From: Nymphaea colorata | Taxonomy: Eukaryota | Length of the DNA stretch: 64,000 nucleotides | Direction of reading: 5' to 3' | Assembly: GCF_008831285.2 (NCBI RefSeq) | Contig: NC_045138.2 | Span: forward strand, 30,628,001-30,692,000 | Part shown: positions 48,706 to 59,930 of the stretch, piece after piece | Position numbering within the stretch: the first letter of the stretch is position 1 | Layout of the letters: every line of letters starts with the position of its first letter | Made by a program: the position numbers and the translations under genes | The notes under the pieces: model-generated | The model's input: the letters and a program-made list of their open reading frames with translations, nothing else | Database searches by the model: none | Told to the model about the DNA's origin: nothing

Positions 48706-51031
48706 CGCTTTCATTTCATGAACTGGAAATACACTGTTGTTCAAGAAATAAAATTCAAAAATTTAAAATTTTTCCTTCGACCGTTGAGGTCGATTCCAGA
48801 AACTTTTTTTTGAAAAAAAATTTCCACATGGAGAGACGGGAATTTTTTCCGGAAATAAATTTTTCTGTATCGAGCGAGCGCTCCCTCTTCCGTCCTGTTT
48901 GGTTGGAGGGAAAGGGAGGGAAAGGGATGGAGGGAAAGGGAGGGAAAGGAATGGAAAGGAAAGGGAAGGGAAGAGAAAGGGAAGGGAAGGGAATGGAATG
49001 GAAAGAGATGATTATAAAAGCTTGTTTGGATGAAAGTGAATGGAATGAAAAGAAAACGATACAATTTATAATAATACCCTCAATAGTCAAAAGGTTGAGA
49101 GGCAGGAAAAAAAAAAACGTGGAGGGGTATTGTGAGCAGTCAACACTTTTGTACTTACTCCCTTTCCTTTCCCTCCCAATCCGTCCGATTTGAGAGGGAT
49201 TGAATTTACACTATACAATCCTTTCCTTTCCTTTCCCTCCTCTCCCCTCCCATCCAAAAGACTTTCTCTCTTTCTCTTCCTTTCCCTCCTTTGGGAGGGA
49301 TTGCTGAATCCTCCTTTCCCTCCCTTTCCTTCCAACCAAACAGGCCCTTCGCGTCTTCCTTCTCTTCCTTCCTGTGCCGCAGCCCCTCCCTCTTCTTTCT
49401 CGTCGTCTCACAGCCGCTCCCTCTTCAGCCGCAGCCGCTCCCTCCACTCCACCCGAGCAGTGCAGCCGCGAGCCTCCCGTTCCTCGCAAGGTAGTGTGTC
49501 TCTCTCTCTCTCTCCCTCTCTCATTCTCTCTCTTGTTCCCTTCTCCAAGTCGCCTTTTCAATGGAGCCCTTTTTAATCCGCTGAAGCAATCTGCGCAGCC
49601 TCTTCGTCTTCGCCTCTCTCTTTCTTTCCCCTTCCGTTGCAATCGAGACAGAGGGAGAAGATAAAGAGGACTCGAGAGATCGCCAGATTAACTCACCGTC
49701 TCTTTTCCTTGCCGTCAGAGAGAACCGCTGCTGAGTGGCGCTGCTCCTGATCCTCCTTCTCACCAGAAGTCCTTCATTTTCTAACCAGTTGATCCTAAAG
49801 CTGGTTTTTCGTTCATGTAAGTCTCTCTCTCTCTATCTGCTCTGTTTTAAGCTATTCATTCATTTTATAGAAGAACGAACTCTGCACATCCGGAGCGACC
49901 GCGGCTCTCGTTTACCCTTTTAGTTCACATTGATCTTCAGTCTAACAGCCTTCTCGCGTTTTGCATTTGTGAAGCTTTATAAGGAGCCTGAATGCGTCCG
50001 ATGAGGTCACGGTTAGGGTTTCTCGTTTTTTCCTCCCTTTTTTTGTGTAATATTCGGTATTTTTTGGAAAGTAGCGGGGAAGGGGAAACAGGCTGAAGAG
50101 GGGTTAGGTTGGGGAAACAGGCTGTTAGACTGGGGAAGGGGAAGGGGGCTCCCACGTAGGGTGGGGAAATGAAGGGACAGTAGCGGGGAAGGGGGTTCTT
50201 GTGGTGATCTGGCCATGTGTAGATGGCTTATTTGTTCGATGATCATCCCAATCTAACAATACTCGCCTTTGTGGATCTGTATGCCACAGTAATTAACTTA
50301 GTTGACCTCTCTCTCTCTCTCTCTCTCTTTGATATGGCATGCGTTACACATGACGAATATGTTCAATCATGAGATGATATTGTGAATAATTAGTTTAATA
50401 TGTTCGGTGCACTTGGCAGTGCGCCATACAGAGAATTCGTCGTGGAGCAACAATGTAGTTTGACAGTGAGGAACCCTATGAACTGCAAATTATACTTCAG
50501 CTGTGTCAATGCTTACAGACAGTATGCAGTCTCTTTTATAGTTTCAAGCGTGTTACAACGTGTAAAAGATCGCTAAAATCAGTTACTACTTGATACAGCT
50601 ACTGCAGCTAGTTGCTAAAAATTTAGAATCAGCAAGAAAAGACAATGGCTTTAACGTGATGAAGGTGAAATCTTCACCTTCACCACGGAAGGCCATAGCT
50701 GACAACCTCAATAGCTGACTTGAGCAGAACTTTTATTTATTCAACACAAATTTGTCACTTTGTCAGCTTATGTATGTGGTTTCATGTTCCTCTTTTCTAA
50801 ATCTAGAAAAATATTTCCTTATTATCAAACTAGGAATTAATTTTTATGGAAATCTGGAAATATATTTCCTTTTCATCAAACATAGAAATATATTTCTGGA
50901 AATATATTTCTGAGTCATCACACACACACCAAAATTGGAATTGGAAAAATTTTTCCCATTCCATTTTTTCATTTCCTATATTTCCAGAAATATATTTCCA
51001 AAAATATATTTTCAGGCCATCAAACGGCCCC
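48706..51031 (+). mobile_element. Non-autonomous PIF/Harbinger-type element, copy A
   Basis: Right TIR CATCAAACGGCCCC (51018-51031) followed by TAA. Subterminal blocks ~48740-48880 and ~50810-51010 are similar to 54905-55075 and 59290-59465. The left TIR is degenerate. Confidence 0.7.
48891..49347. mobile_element. Tourist/Harbinger-like MITE nested in copy A
   Basis: TIRs CGTCCTGTTTGGTTGGA / TCCAACCAAACAGGCCC with a 3-bp TTC duplication on both sides (48888-48890, 49348-49350). GGAAAG-rich left arm and CTTTCC-rich right arm. Confidence 0.85.
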
Positions 51032-51529
51032 TAAGCATGGAAAGTAATTAGTGAATGTAATGCAGAATCAACTTCAACATCATCATAAGTCATCACCATG
51101 TTACTTGTAGTACTTTTATGAAATAATAGCAAGCTTCATATATGCAATAGATCAGTGGAAGCATCAGAATATTATTTCACACCCCTTGCTTTGTTATATA
51201 CATTTTTAGGAAGAGGATCCCTTCAAGGAGCCGACGTCGCCATGGCTTACCTGGTTGAGAGTAAGGATGAGAACTGAAGACTGGAATGGACTCGGAGAAA
51301 TACGACGAACAACACTACCTCCCACTCTGTCCGCACCGTCATGACGCTCCAGACAGTCGGTTGTTCAAACAGTTTCAAAACTGAAGACTCGAGGAGAATT
51401 CATATTTAGTTGCTTAAAAGTTAAAGCCTCGCTTCCTTTTTCTTTGCTTCTCTTCCTTCTGTATCTCGTCCTCTATAAGCCATAATTTGAAATTGTAACC
51501 CTCCCCATCACTCATGCGAGCTTTGTTAA

Positions 51530-54391
51530 ATGCTAAAACCGTCCCGACTAGTCGGTTTCGTGAAGAAGAGGGATTTTTTCCGTCGGAATGGCCGCGACCC
51601 AAATGGTTTTTCCTTTTCGTTTCCACCCTGGGAGCTCAGGTTCAGGGCCAGGAAGGCCACCATCGATGATCTGCATCGGCTGTGCAAAAAGGGTGAGATG
51701 AAAAAAGTGACGAAAGTATTGGACCAGCTTGCTAAGCAAGGGATTAGGCCCAATTACGAAACGTGCCTTCGAATCTTGAGGAGATGCATTAGCGTCAATG
51801 CTTTCCAGGAAGGCAGGTCGATCCACTCCTGCCTGATGAGAAACGCAGTGAACCTAGATTTGTTCCTGAGGAACACGCTAATCAGCATGTACAGCAAATG
51901 TGGTGGTCTCGGACACGCCCTCGACGTGTTTGGCAGAATGCCTGAACGAAGTGTTGTGTCGTGGACGGCCATGATTTCTGCGTTTGCTGGAGAAGGTCGA
52001 AAAGAGGATGGTTTGAGGTACTTCGGATTGATGAGGAAGGAAGGAGTTAAACCCAATGCGAATACTTTTGCTACTGTGATTCCTATATGTTCTGAAATGA
52101 GCAAGGGCGGGTTGGGGAGAGGATTGCAGGGCCTTGTTGTGAAGTGTGGCTTTTACAGTGATGTCTTTGTTTTGAGCAGCTTGATTGGCATGTATGCGGG
52201 CTTAGGTTGCGTGGATAGTGCAATGGAGGTGTTCACCGAGATGCCTGTGAGGGATGTGGTTGCTTGGAACTCGATGATTGCTGCATATGTGCAGACCGGG
52301 TTTAGCAGAGAAGCAGTTGAGCTATTTTTAGTAATGCTGGTTGGGGATATTCAACCTAATAATTATAGTTTTGCGACGGTCCAGAAAGCTTGTGCTGGTC
52401 TGGGTTGCGTAAAATTTGGTAGTAGTGTGCACGCTTGCTTAGTGAAGATGGGTTTTGATCTGGATGTGTTTGTGATGGGGTGTGTCGTTGACATGTACTC
52501 AAAATGTGGGAATTTGCAGGAGGCCCGTCGAGCTTTTGATAACATTGCCAATAGAGATATTGTGGCTTGGAACACCATGATCAGTGGCTACGTACAGAAT
52601 GGTGTTGGTGAAGAAGCAATTGAACTCTACTGCCAAATGCCCCTTCAAGGTTTTATTCCTAACAACATAACATACGCGAGCATTCTCAAGGCAGTGGCCA
52701 TTCTGGAGGATGGTGTACTATGCAAGTATTTACATCCACTAGTGATTAAAAGTGGGTTTCTTTCAGATGTTTATGTAGGCACAGCTCTTGTGGATGCATA
52801 TGCAAAATCTCTGCTGGTGGAGGACGCGGAGAAAGTATATACAGAGATGCGGTACAGGAATTTGGTCTCATGGAATGCACTCATAACTGGATACAGTCTT
52901 GCAGGGAAGTACAAAGACGCCATGAATCTTTACTGTCAAATGCAAAAGGTTCCAATAAGGCCAGACCCCTATACATTAACTGGCCTTCTTTCTTCATGTT
53001 CTATGTCTAAATCATTGGCTGAAGGTAGTCAACTTCATGCTCATTCCATTAAGATTGGTTTAGATTCTAATGTGTCAGTTGGCAATGCTTTGCTGGATTT
53101 GTACTCGAAATGTGGGTCGGTAGATGATGCATCAAGGGCCTTTCAATGTATTGATGTCCCCAATTCTATTTCCTGGGCTGCAATTATATCAGCCTTTGTG
53201 CACAACGGTGGGGAGGAGAGTGCAGTCCTGTATTTCCGTGAAATGCATAGAATTTTCAAAAACTTTGATGAGTTCTCATGCAGCAGTGTCTTAAAGGCAT
53301 CAGCTAGTTGTGCAGTATTGGAACAGGGGAAACAAATTCATGTACATGTGGTAAAATCTGGTCTCGAATCATCTCTATACGTTGGAAGTGCTCTTATTGA
53401 TATGTATTCGAAGTGTGGTAGATTGGAAGATGCATACAGGGTCTTCAAAATCATGCCTGAAAAGAATGTTGTTTCGTTGAATTCTATGATAATGTGTTTT
53501 GCTCAACATGGCCATAGCGAGCAAGCTCTGTATCTATTTGAGGAGATGCAGAAACTTGGCATACTACCAACATCCATCACCTTCATTGGTGTACTTTTTG
53601 CGTGCAGTCATGCTGGTTTGGTTGAAAAAGGACGTGAATACTTTGACATGGTGGTCTCCAACCATAGGATTTCACCAACAATCGAGCATTACACGTGCAT
53701 GGTTGACCTTCTTGGTCGTGCTGGCCTTCTAAATGAAGCAGAGATATTTCTCAAGAATTCTCCCTTTGCATTCGAAGCTTTGATCTGGCGTTCTCTCCTT
53801 TCTGCTTGCAGGCTCCACAAGGATACAGTTGTTGGCAGTCGTGTAGCTGATCATTGTCTACTATTGGACCCATGTGAACCTTCAACGTATGTGCTTTTGT
53901 CAAATATGTACGCATCAAGGGATCGATGGGATGATGTGACAAGAATAAGAGCTTTGATGAAAGAAATGGATCTTGAAAAAGAGCCAGGATGTAGTTGGAT
54001 AGAGGTCAGAGACAAGGTTCATATATTTGTGGCGAATGACAAGTTTCATCCTCTTAAGGAGGAGATATATGACAAGTTGGACATGTTGATGCCACAAATG
54101 AAGATGGCTGGTTACATACCTGATTTAAGCTTTGTTCTCCATGATGTCGATGATGAGTCCAAAGAACAATGCCTTCTTCATCACAGTGAAAAATTGGCTA
54201 TTGCATTTGGATTGATTTCTATAGCACACCCAGTACCAGTTAGGATTTTCAAGAACCTGAGAGTCTGCGGTGATTGCCATGCTGCTGCAAAATATATATC
54301 TAGAATTGCGGCACGAGAAATAATAATTCGAGACACCAATCGATTCCATCATTTCATTGATGGTCTATGTTCTTGCGGGGATTACTGGTGA
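51530..54391 (+). CDS. PLS-class pentatricopeptide repeat protein with E and DYW domains (organellar C-to-U editing factor type), 953 aa, intronless
   Basis: Uninterrupted ORF. Repeated P-L-S motifs (LIxMYSKCG, VVSWNAMI). E domain, PG box (KEPGCSWIEV), HSEKLA and CGDC zinc ligands, terminal DYW. The basic N-terminus resembles an organellar presequence. Confidence 0.96.
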   Translation: MLKPSRLVGFVKKRDFFRRNGRDPNGFSFSFPPWELRFRARKATIDDLHRLCKKGEMKKVTKVLDQLAKQGIRPNYETCLRILRRCISVNAFQEGRSIHSCLMRNAVNLDLFLRNTLISMYSKCGGLGHALDVFGRMPERSVVSWTAMISAFAGEGRKEDGLRYFGLMRKEGVKPNANTFATVIPICSEMSKGGLGRGLQGLVVKCGFYSDVFVLSSLIGMYAGLGCVDSAMEVFTEMPVRDVVAWNSMIAAYVQTGFSREAVELFLVMLVGDIQPNNYSFATVQKACAGLGCVKFGSSVHACLVKMGFDLDVFVMGCVVDMYSKCGNLQEARRAFDNIANRDIVAWNTMISGYVQNGVGEEAIELYCQMPLQGFIPNNITYASILKAVAILEDGVLCKYLHPLVIKSGFLSDVYVGTALVDAYAKSLLVEDAEKVYTEMRYRNLVSWNALITGYSLAGKYKDAMNLYCQMQKVPIRPDPYTLTGLLSSCSMSKSLAEGSQLHAHSIKIGLDSNVSVGNALLDLYSKCGSVDDASRAFQCIDVPNSISWAAIISAFVHNGGEESAVLYFREMHRIFKNFDEFSCSSVLKASASCAVLEQGKQIHVHVVKSGLESSLYVGSALIDMYSKCGRLEDAYRVFKIMPEKNVVSLNSMIMCFAQHGHSEQALYLFEEMQKLGILPTSITFIGVLFACSHAGLVEKGREYFDMVVSNHRISPTIEHYTCMVDLLGRAGLLNEAEIFLKNSPFAFEALIWRSLLSACRLHKDTVVGSRVADHCLLLDPCEPSTYVLLSNMYASRDRWDDVTRIRALMKEMDLEKEPGCSWIEVRDKVHIFVANDKFHPLKEEIYDKLDMLMPQMKMAGYIPDLSFVLHDVDDESKEQCLLHHSEKLAIAFGLISIAHPVPVRIFKNLRVCGDCHAAAKYISRIAAREIIIRDTNRFHHFIDGLCSCGDYW

Positions 54392-54869
54392 TATGTTGTT
54401 CAATTGGACGAGTGGTTGGATCTTTCTATATGTGGAGGGGTTATGCAGTCAACTGTCTTGGTTGCTAATCCACTTTGGAGTTGCTTTGATTAAACATGTT
54501 CTGAAGGCAATTCCAACCTACTGGAACGAGGTACAGGGAGGAAACCTTGTTCGCATTTGAACGTCATCTGTTTACTCGTTAGGTGAATTGCAGCGAGGAT
54601 GATTCAGATACTGTATGATCACATAGAGTTATTTGACTGTTGCCTTTTCTGCAGTAGATGGAAGCAAAGTTCCTCGCTTCTTAGTTTGTCGACATTGGAC
54701 AGTTTCATTGTCGGAATGGCTAGGAGGAAGGATTCTGGTAAACTTATATTGCTATTGGCTATTGGCTCATGGAAAAACAGGAAAAAGTACTCTATGAAGA
54801 TGATAGCAAATTTGGATGAAGTCTGACGTTTGTACTCCAAATATATATTCAAGTCAACTTTTTCTTTTA

Positions 54870-55244
54870 GGGGGCGTTTGATGTGCAGGAAAAGAAACTG
54901 TTCATCGAGAAAAATAATTCAAAAATTTGAAATTTTTCCATCGTATCAAACATGGAAAAATTTCATCGACCGTTGAAGTCGAATTCCAAAAATTTTTTCC
55001 GAAAAAAAATTTCCGTCTGGAGAGACGAAAATTTTTTTCTGGAAATTTATTTTTGCCCGTTAGGGCACGCGAGCGCGTCTTCTTCTTTTCCTTCGTGCCG
55101 CAGCAGCTCCCTCTTCCTTCTCGTCGACGCACCCGCAAAAGACTCCCTCGTGTGCCTCCTCTCCCTCTCCGCATCAGAGCTCGACGCCTCCACGCCTCCT
55201 CTCAGTGCAGCCGATAGCCTCCCGTCCCTCTCTTTCTCGCAAGG

Positions 55245-55282
<38 letters not shown>

Positions 55283-57239
55283 TTCTCTCTCTTGTTCCCC
55301 TCTCCAGGTACGCGTTTTGAATCCCCTCTCCTTCGCAGCCGTGACCTCTTCTTTCTCGTCGATGAACCCGCAGAAGACTCCCTCGCGTGCCTCCTCTCCC
55401 TTTCCGCATCAGAGCTCGACGCCTCCACGCCTCCTCTCAGTGCAGCCGCTAGCCTCCCGTCCCTCTCTTTCTCGCAAGGTATTGTCTCTCTCTCTCATTC
55501 TCTCTCTTGTTCCCCTCTCCAAGTACGCCTTTTGAATCTCTGCAGGTGCGACGACTGAAAACGAAGCTCTGATGTTTGCACTGTTGTTTATCCCTCTTTC
55601 ATTTCTTTTTTGTATTGCTTGCTGGATCTCTGCCGTGAGCATCAATCCCCTTTTCTTTTTGTATATTTTCCTGGTTCCTTCTCAAATGATGTCTGCACGC
55701 ATGTTTATTGTGTTGAGCGCCTTTCTGAATGGGATCGTATTTCAAAAGCAACCTCGGACGATTGTTCTACAAGCCTTATGGAATGAAAGAGTTGTTTTTG
55801 ACATTTTGTACAGAAAACTAAGCCTTAGAACATCTTCATTTGAGGCTGGTTATTCTACTTAAAGCCCATGGAGGCTACTAGCAGCCCGGCGTGCTGGGCG
55901 TTCACCTGCCTGTCAAAATGTTCTAATTTATGTCATCATAGAAACTACTTGCTGTAGGAGCCCTAAACCTCGGTGCAGATGACCTCTTGGTTGTTTCTCC
56001 ACCAAATTACAGAGAGACCCTTCCAGGCAGATTTAAGAAATGCTGGTGGTTCAAAAACGTCTCTGCTTTGGGGCAGACCAACCTTGTCACGGCACTCTTG
56101 GATCTCTGCATTCTACCATCAGCCTGCACACACAGACAAAAAAAAAAGGAGCCCTCATGTCTTCATGTAAAGTTGATTCTTCTTTTCTATTTTGGTCCAG
56201 AAATCTGTTGCCTCAATATTTGGCCATTTTGCTGATTCATCTATTCTCCAGCTACTTCCCGCAAAGCCAATTGCAGAGAAGGATGCTTATTGAACGTCAA
56301 AAACTGTGTGCATTAGGATCAAAACTACAGAAAATCAATGTAGAAATCATATTTTATAAACATAACATGAATTATGTGCAGGATTCAGAGACTAGTGATC
56401 TTAAGCAAGCTGCTAATTGCTTTCTTCAATCATCCAATGTTGGTAGCAAGATTCAGAGACTAGTGATCTTAAGGTGGGGTAAAATGTAAGAAGCCAAAGA
56501 AAGAGCAGCTTTAGACTAGGACAACTTCCATAGTAATTAGTTAAGAAATCTCAATATTATGCTCCCTCTACAAAAAACTTTCATTACTATACGCAGTAAC
56601 CAGCAGTAGTCGGTTAATTACAAACTAAAACTGAAGGATGGGCATCGTGCACATATTCTGTGTCTATATGAATGTTTTCTTTGTTTCAATTGCTTCAGTT
56701 GTAAAGGAGGCACCCTTATTTTGATTAAGGTGACTTCACATTTGCTATGGTATACATTTTCTTATGCAGGTTCTTCATTTGTCTTGGTGTCCTTATTTTC
56801 TTATGCATGTTCTTCTTTTGTTTTGGTGCTTCAACTTAAATAAACATTACTTGACAAGAAGCTGATCAGCTCTTCGAGTTGTTGTAAACCCCATCCAAAC
56901 ATCTTTTTGAAACAAATCACCATATAAATGAATGTCTCAGTTGCTCTACTATTTCTGCTGCTAGCCATTGTTTTTGTTTCTATCTTGGGGTTTTGCATTT
57001 AGTTGATGTTGTTGAACTGTGTGGTATGTTTGGCATACCCATAACGTGTTGTTGAATTTTGCTCATTTTATGGCTTTCATATATGTTATATGTTCCTTTT
57101 AATTGAGTTGTTGCATCTACGTAGTGGACCGGTTGGTTAATATCGTGTGCCTCCTCTCCCTCTCCGCATCAGAGCTCGACGCCTCCACGCCTCCTCTCAG
57201 TGCAGCCGATAGCCTCCCGTCCCTCTCTTTCTCGCAAGG

Positions 57240-57277
<38 letters not shown>

Positions 57278-59505
57278 TTCTCTCTCTTGTTCCCCTCTCC
57301 AGGTACGCGTTTTGAATCCCCTCTCCTTCGCAGCCGTGACCTCTTCTTTCTCGTCGATGAACCCGCAGAAGACTCCCTCGCGTGCCTCCTCTCCCTTTCC
57401 GCATCAGAGCTCGACGCCTCCACGCCTCCTCTCAGTGCAGCCGCTAGCCTCCCGTCCCTCTCTTTCTCGCAAGGTATTGTCTCTCTCTCTCATTCTCTCT
57501 CTTGTTCCCTCTCCAAGTACGCCTTTTGAATCTCTGCAGGTGCGACGACTGAAAACGAAGCTCTGATGTTTGCACTGTTGTTTATCCCTCTTTCATTTCT
57601 TTTTTGTATTGCTTGCTGGATCTCTGCCGTGAGCATCAATCCCCTTTTCTTTTTGTATATTTTCCTGGTTCCTTCTCAAATGATGTCTGCACGCATGTTT
57701 ATTGTGTTGAGCGCCTTTCTGAATGGGATCGTATTTCAAAAGCAACCTCGGACGATTGTTCTACAAGCCTTATGGAATGAAAGAGTTGTTTTTGACATTT
57801 TGTACAGAAAACTAAGCCTTAGAACATCTTCATTTGAGGCTGGTTATTCTACTTAAAGCCCATGGAGGCTACTAGCAGCCCGGCGTGCTGGGCGTTCACC
57901 TGCCTGTCAAAATGTTCTAATTTATGTCATCATAGAAACTACTTGCTGTAGGAGCCCTAAACCTCGGTGCAGATGACCTCTTGGTTGTTTCTCCACCAAA
58001 TTACAGAGAGACCCTTCCAGGCAGATTTAAGAAATGCTGGTGGTTCAAAAACGTCTCTGCTTTGGGGCAGACCAACCTTGTCACGGCACTCTTGGATCTC
58101 TGCATTCTACCATCAGCCTGCACACACAGACAAAAAAAAAAAGGAGCCCTCATGTCTTCATGTAAAGTTGATTCTTCTTTTCTATTTTGGTCCAGAAATC
58201 TGTTGCCTCAATATTTGGCCATTTTGCTGATTCATCTATTCTCCAGCTACTTCCCGCAAAGCCAATTGCAGAGAAGGATGCTTATTGAACGTCAAAAACT
58301 GTGTGCATTAGGATCAAAACTACAGAAAATCAATGTAGAAATCATATTTTATAAACATAACATGAATTATGTGCAGGATTCAGAGACTAGTGATCTTAAG
58401 CAAGCTGCTAATTGCTTTCTTCAATCATCCAATGTTGGTAGCAAGATTCAGAGACTAGTGATCTTAAGGTGGGGTAAAATGTAAGAAGCCAAAGAAAGAG
58501 CAGCTTTAGACTAGGACAACTTCCATAGTAATTAGTTAAGAAATCTCAATATTATGCTCCCTCTACAAAAAACTTTCATTACTATACGCAGTAACCAGCA
58601 GTAGTCGGTTAATTACAAACTAAAACTGAAGGATGGGCATCGTGCACATATTCTGTGTCTATATGAATGTTTTCTTTGTTTCAATTGCTTCAGTTGTAAA
58701 GGAGGCACCCTTATTTTGATTAAGGTGACTTCACATTTGCTATGGTATACATTTTCTTATGCAGGTTCTTCATTTGTCTTGGTGTCCTTATTTTCTTATG
58801 CATGTTCTTCTTTTGTTTTGGTGCTTCAACTTAAATAAACATTACTTGACAAGAAGCTGATCAGCTCTTCGAGTTGTTGTAAACCCCATCCAAACATCTT
58901 TTTGAAACAAATCACCATATAAATGAATGTCTCAGTTGCTCTACTATTTCTGCTGCTAGCCATTGTTTTTGTTTCTATCTTGGGGTTTTGCATTTAGTTG
59001 ATGTTGTTGAACTGTGTGGTATGTTTGGCATACCCATAACGTGTTGTTGAATTTTGCTCATTTTATGGCTTTCATATATGTTATATGTTCCTTTTAATTG
59101 AGTTGTTGCATCTACGTAGTGGACCGGTTGGTTAATATGAAGCGAAAAGTTCAAATCGATGTCAATTTAAAAAGGGGCAAAATGTCGGCAAATCAGAATT
59201 GTTCTAATAGATTGTGTGGGCGAGTATATCCGGTCTATACATTCATACATTCATAACCATGTTGTTGCCATATTTTTGTAAATCTGGATAAATGTTTCCT
59301 TATTATCAAACTAAGAATTAAATTTCTGGACCATCAAACTCAGAAATATAGAATTGGAAATATATTTTTAAGTCATCACACACATACCAAAATTGGAATC
59401 TGAAAATTTTTTTCCATTCCATTTTTTCATTTCCTATATTTTTAGAAATATAATTCCAGAAATATGTTCCCGTTGGATGACCAAATTCCCGTTGGATGAC
59501 CAAAT
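54870..59505 (+). mobile_element. Non-autonomous PIF/Harbinger-type element, copy B, enlarged by an internal duplication
   Basis: TTA followed by left TIR GGGGGCGTTTGATG, a 13/14 match to the reverse complement of the copy A right TIR. Shares subterminal and CT-rich internal blocks with copy A. The right TIR is decayed, with a 19-bp duplication TTCCCGTTGGATGACCAAA near it. Confidence 0.7.
55149..59138. repeat. Near-perfect 1995-bp tandem duplication (55149-57143 and 57144-59138)
   Basis: Identical ORF translations at offsets 1994-1995. The only differences I saw are a 1-bp C-run deletion and a 1-bp A-run insertion. Junction GGTTAATAT|CGTGTGCC. Confidence 0.96.
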
Positions 59506-59896
59506 GATCGTCAACTAGGGCACGGAGTTACGTTTCTTGAGAATATTCAATATAAATGCTTTTCTTCTTTAAAATCCAAAGCAACTTAATTTTGTGGTTC
59601 CTGTTCAGCTTTATCCTGTTGCCTAGACAACACTATTTACAAAAAACCTGGTCTCGAAAGTTGTGTCATTTCAAGAGAAGAAAGTTAGTTTTTGAAGAGT
59701 TTGTCTTGGTTCTAGCGTCCTATTTATTCATAAGTTAGACTCTGCCTTCAATAGTGGTGCTCCATCGCTGTTTGAACTTAGCTTTATCTCAGCCTATGAA
59801 TGTGAAAGGACAGTCTGCAAGCAGCTAGATTCTTTAAAAAAAAAAACCACGTTTCATGGAAACTTAATGGCTTTACAGACAAAGAACAAAATTCAC

Positions 59897-59930
<34 letters not shown>

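Noticed and set aside
48633..49763. Multiple ORFs of 100-186 aa
   Set aside because: They arise from low-complexity GGAAA/CTTTC MITE arms and CT repeats.
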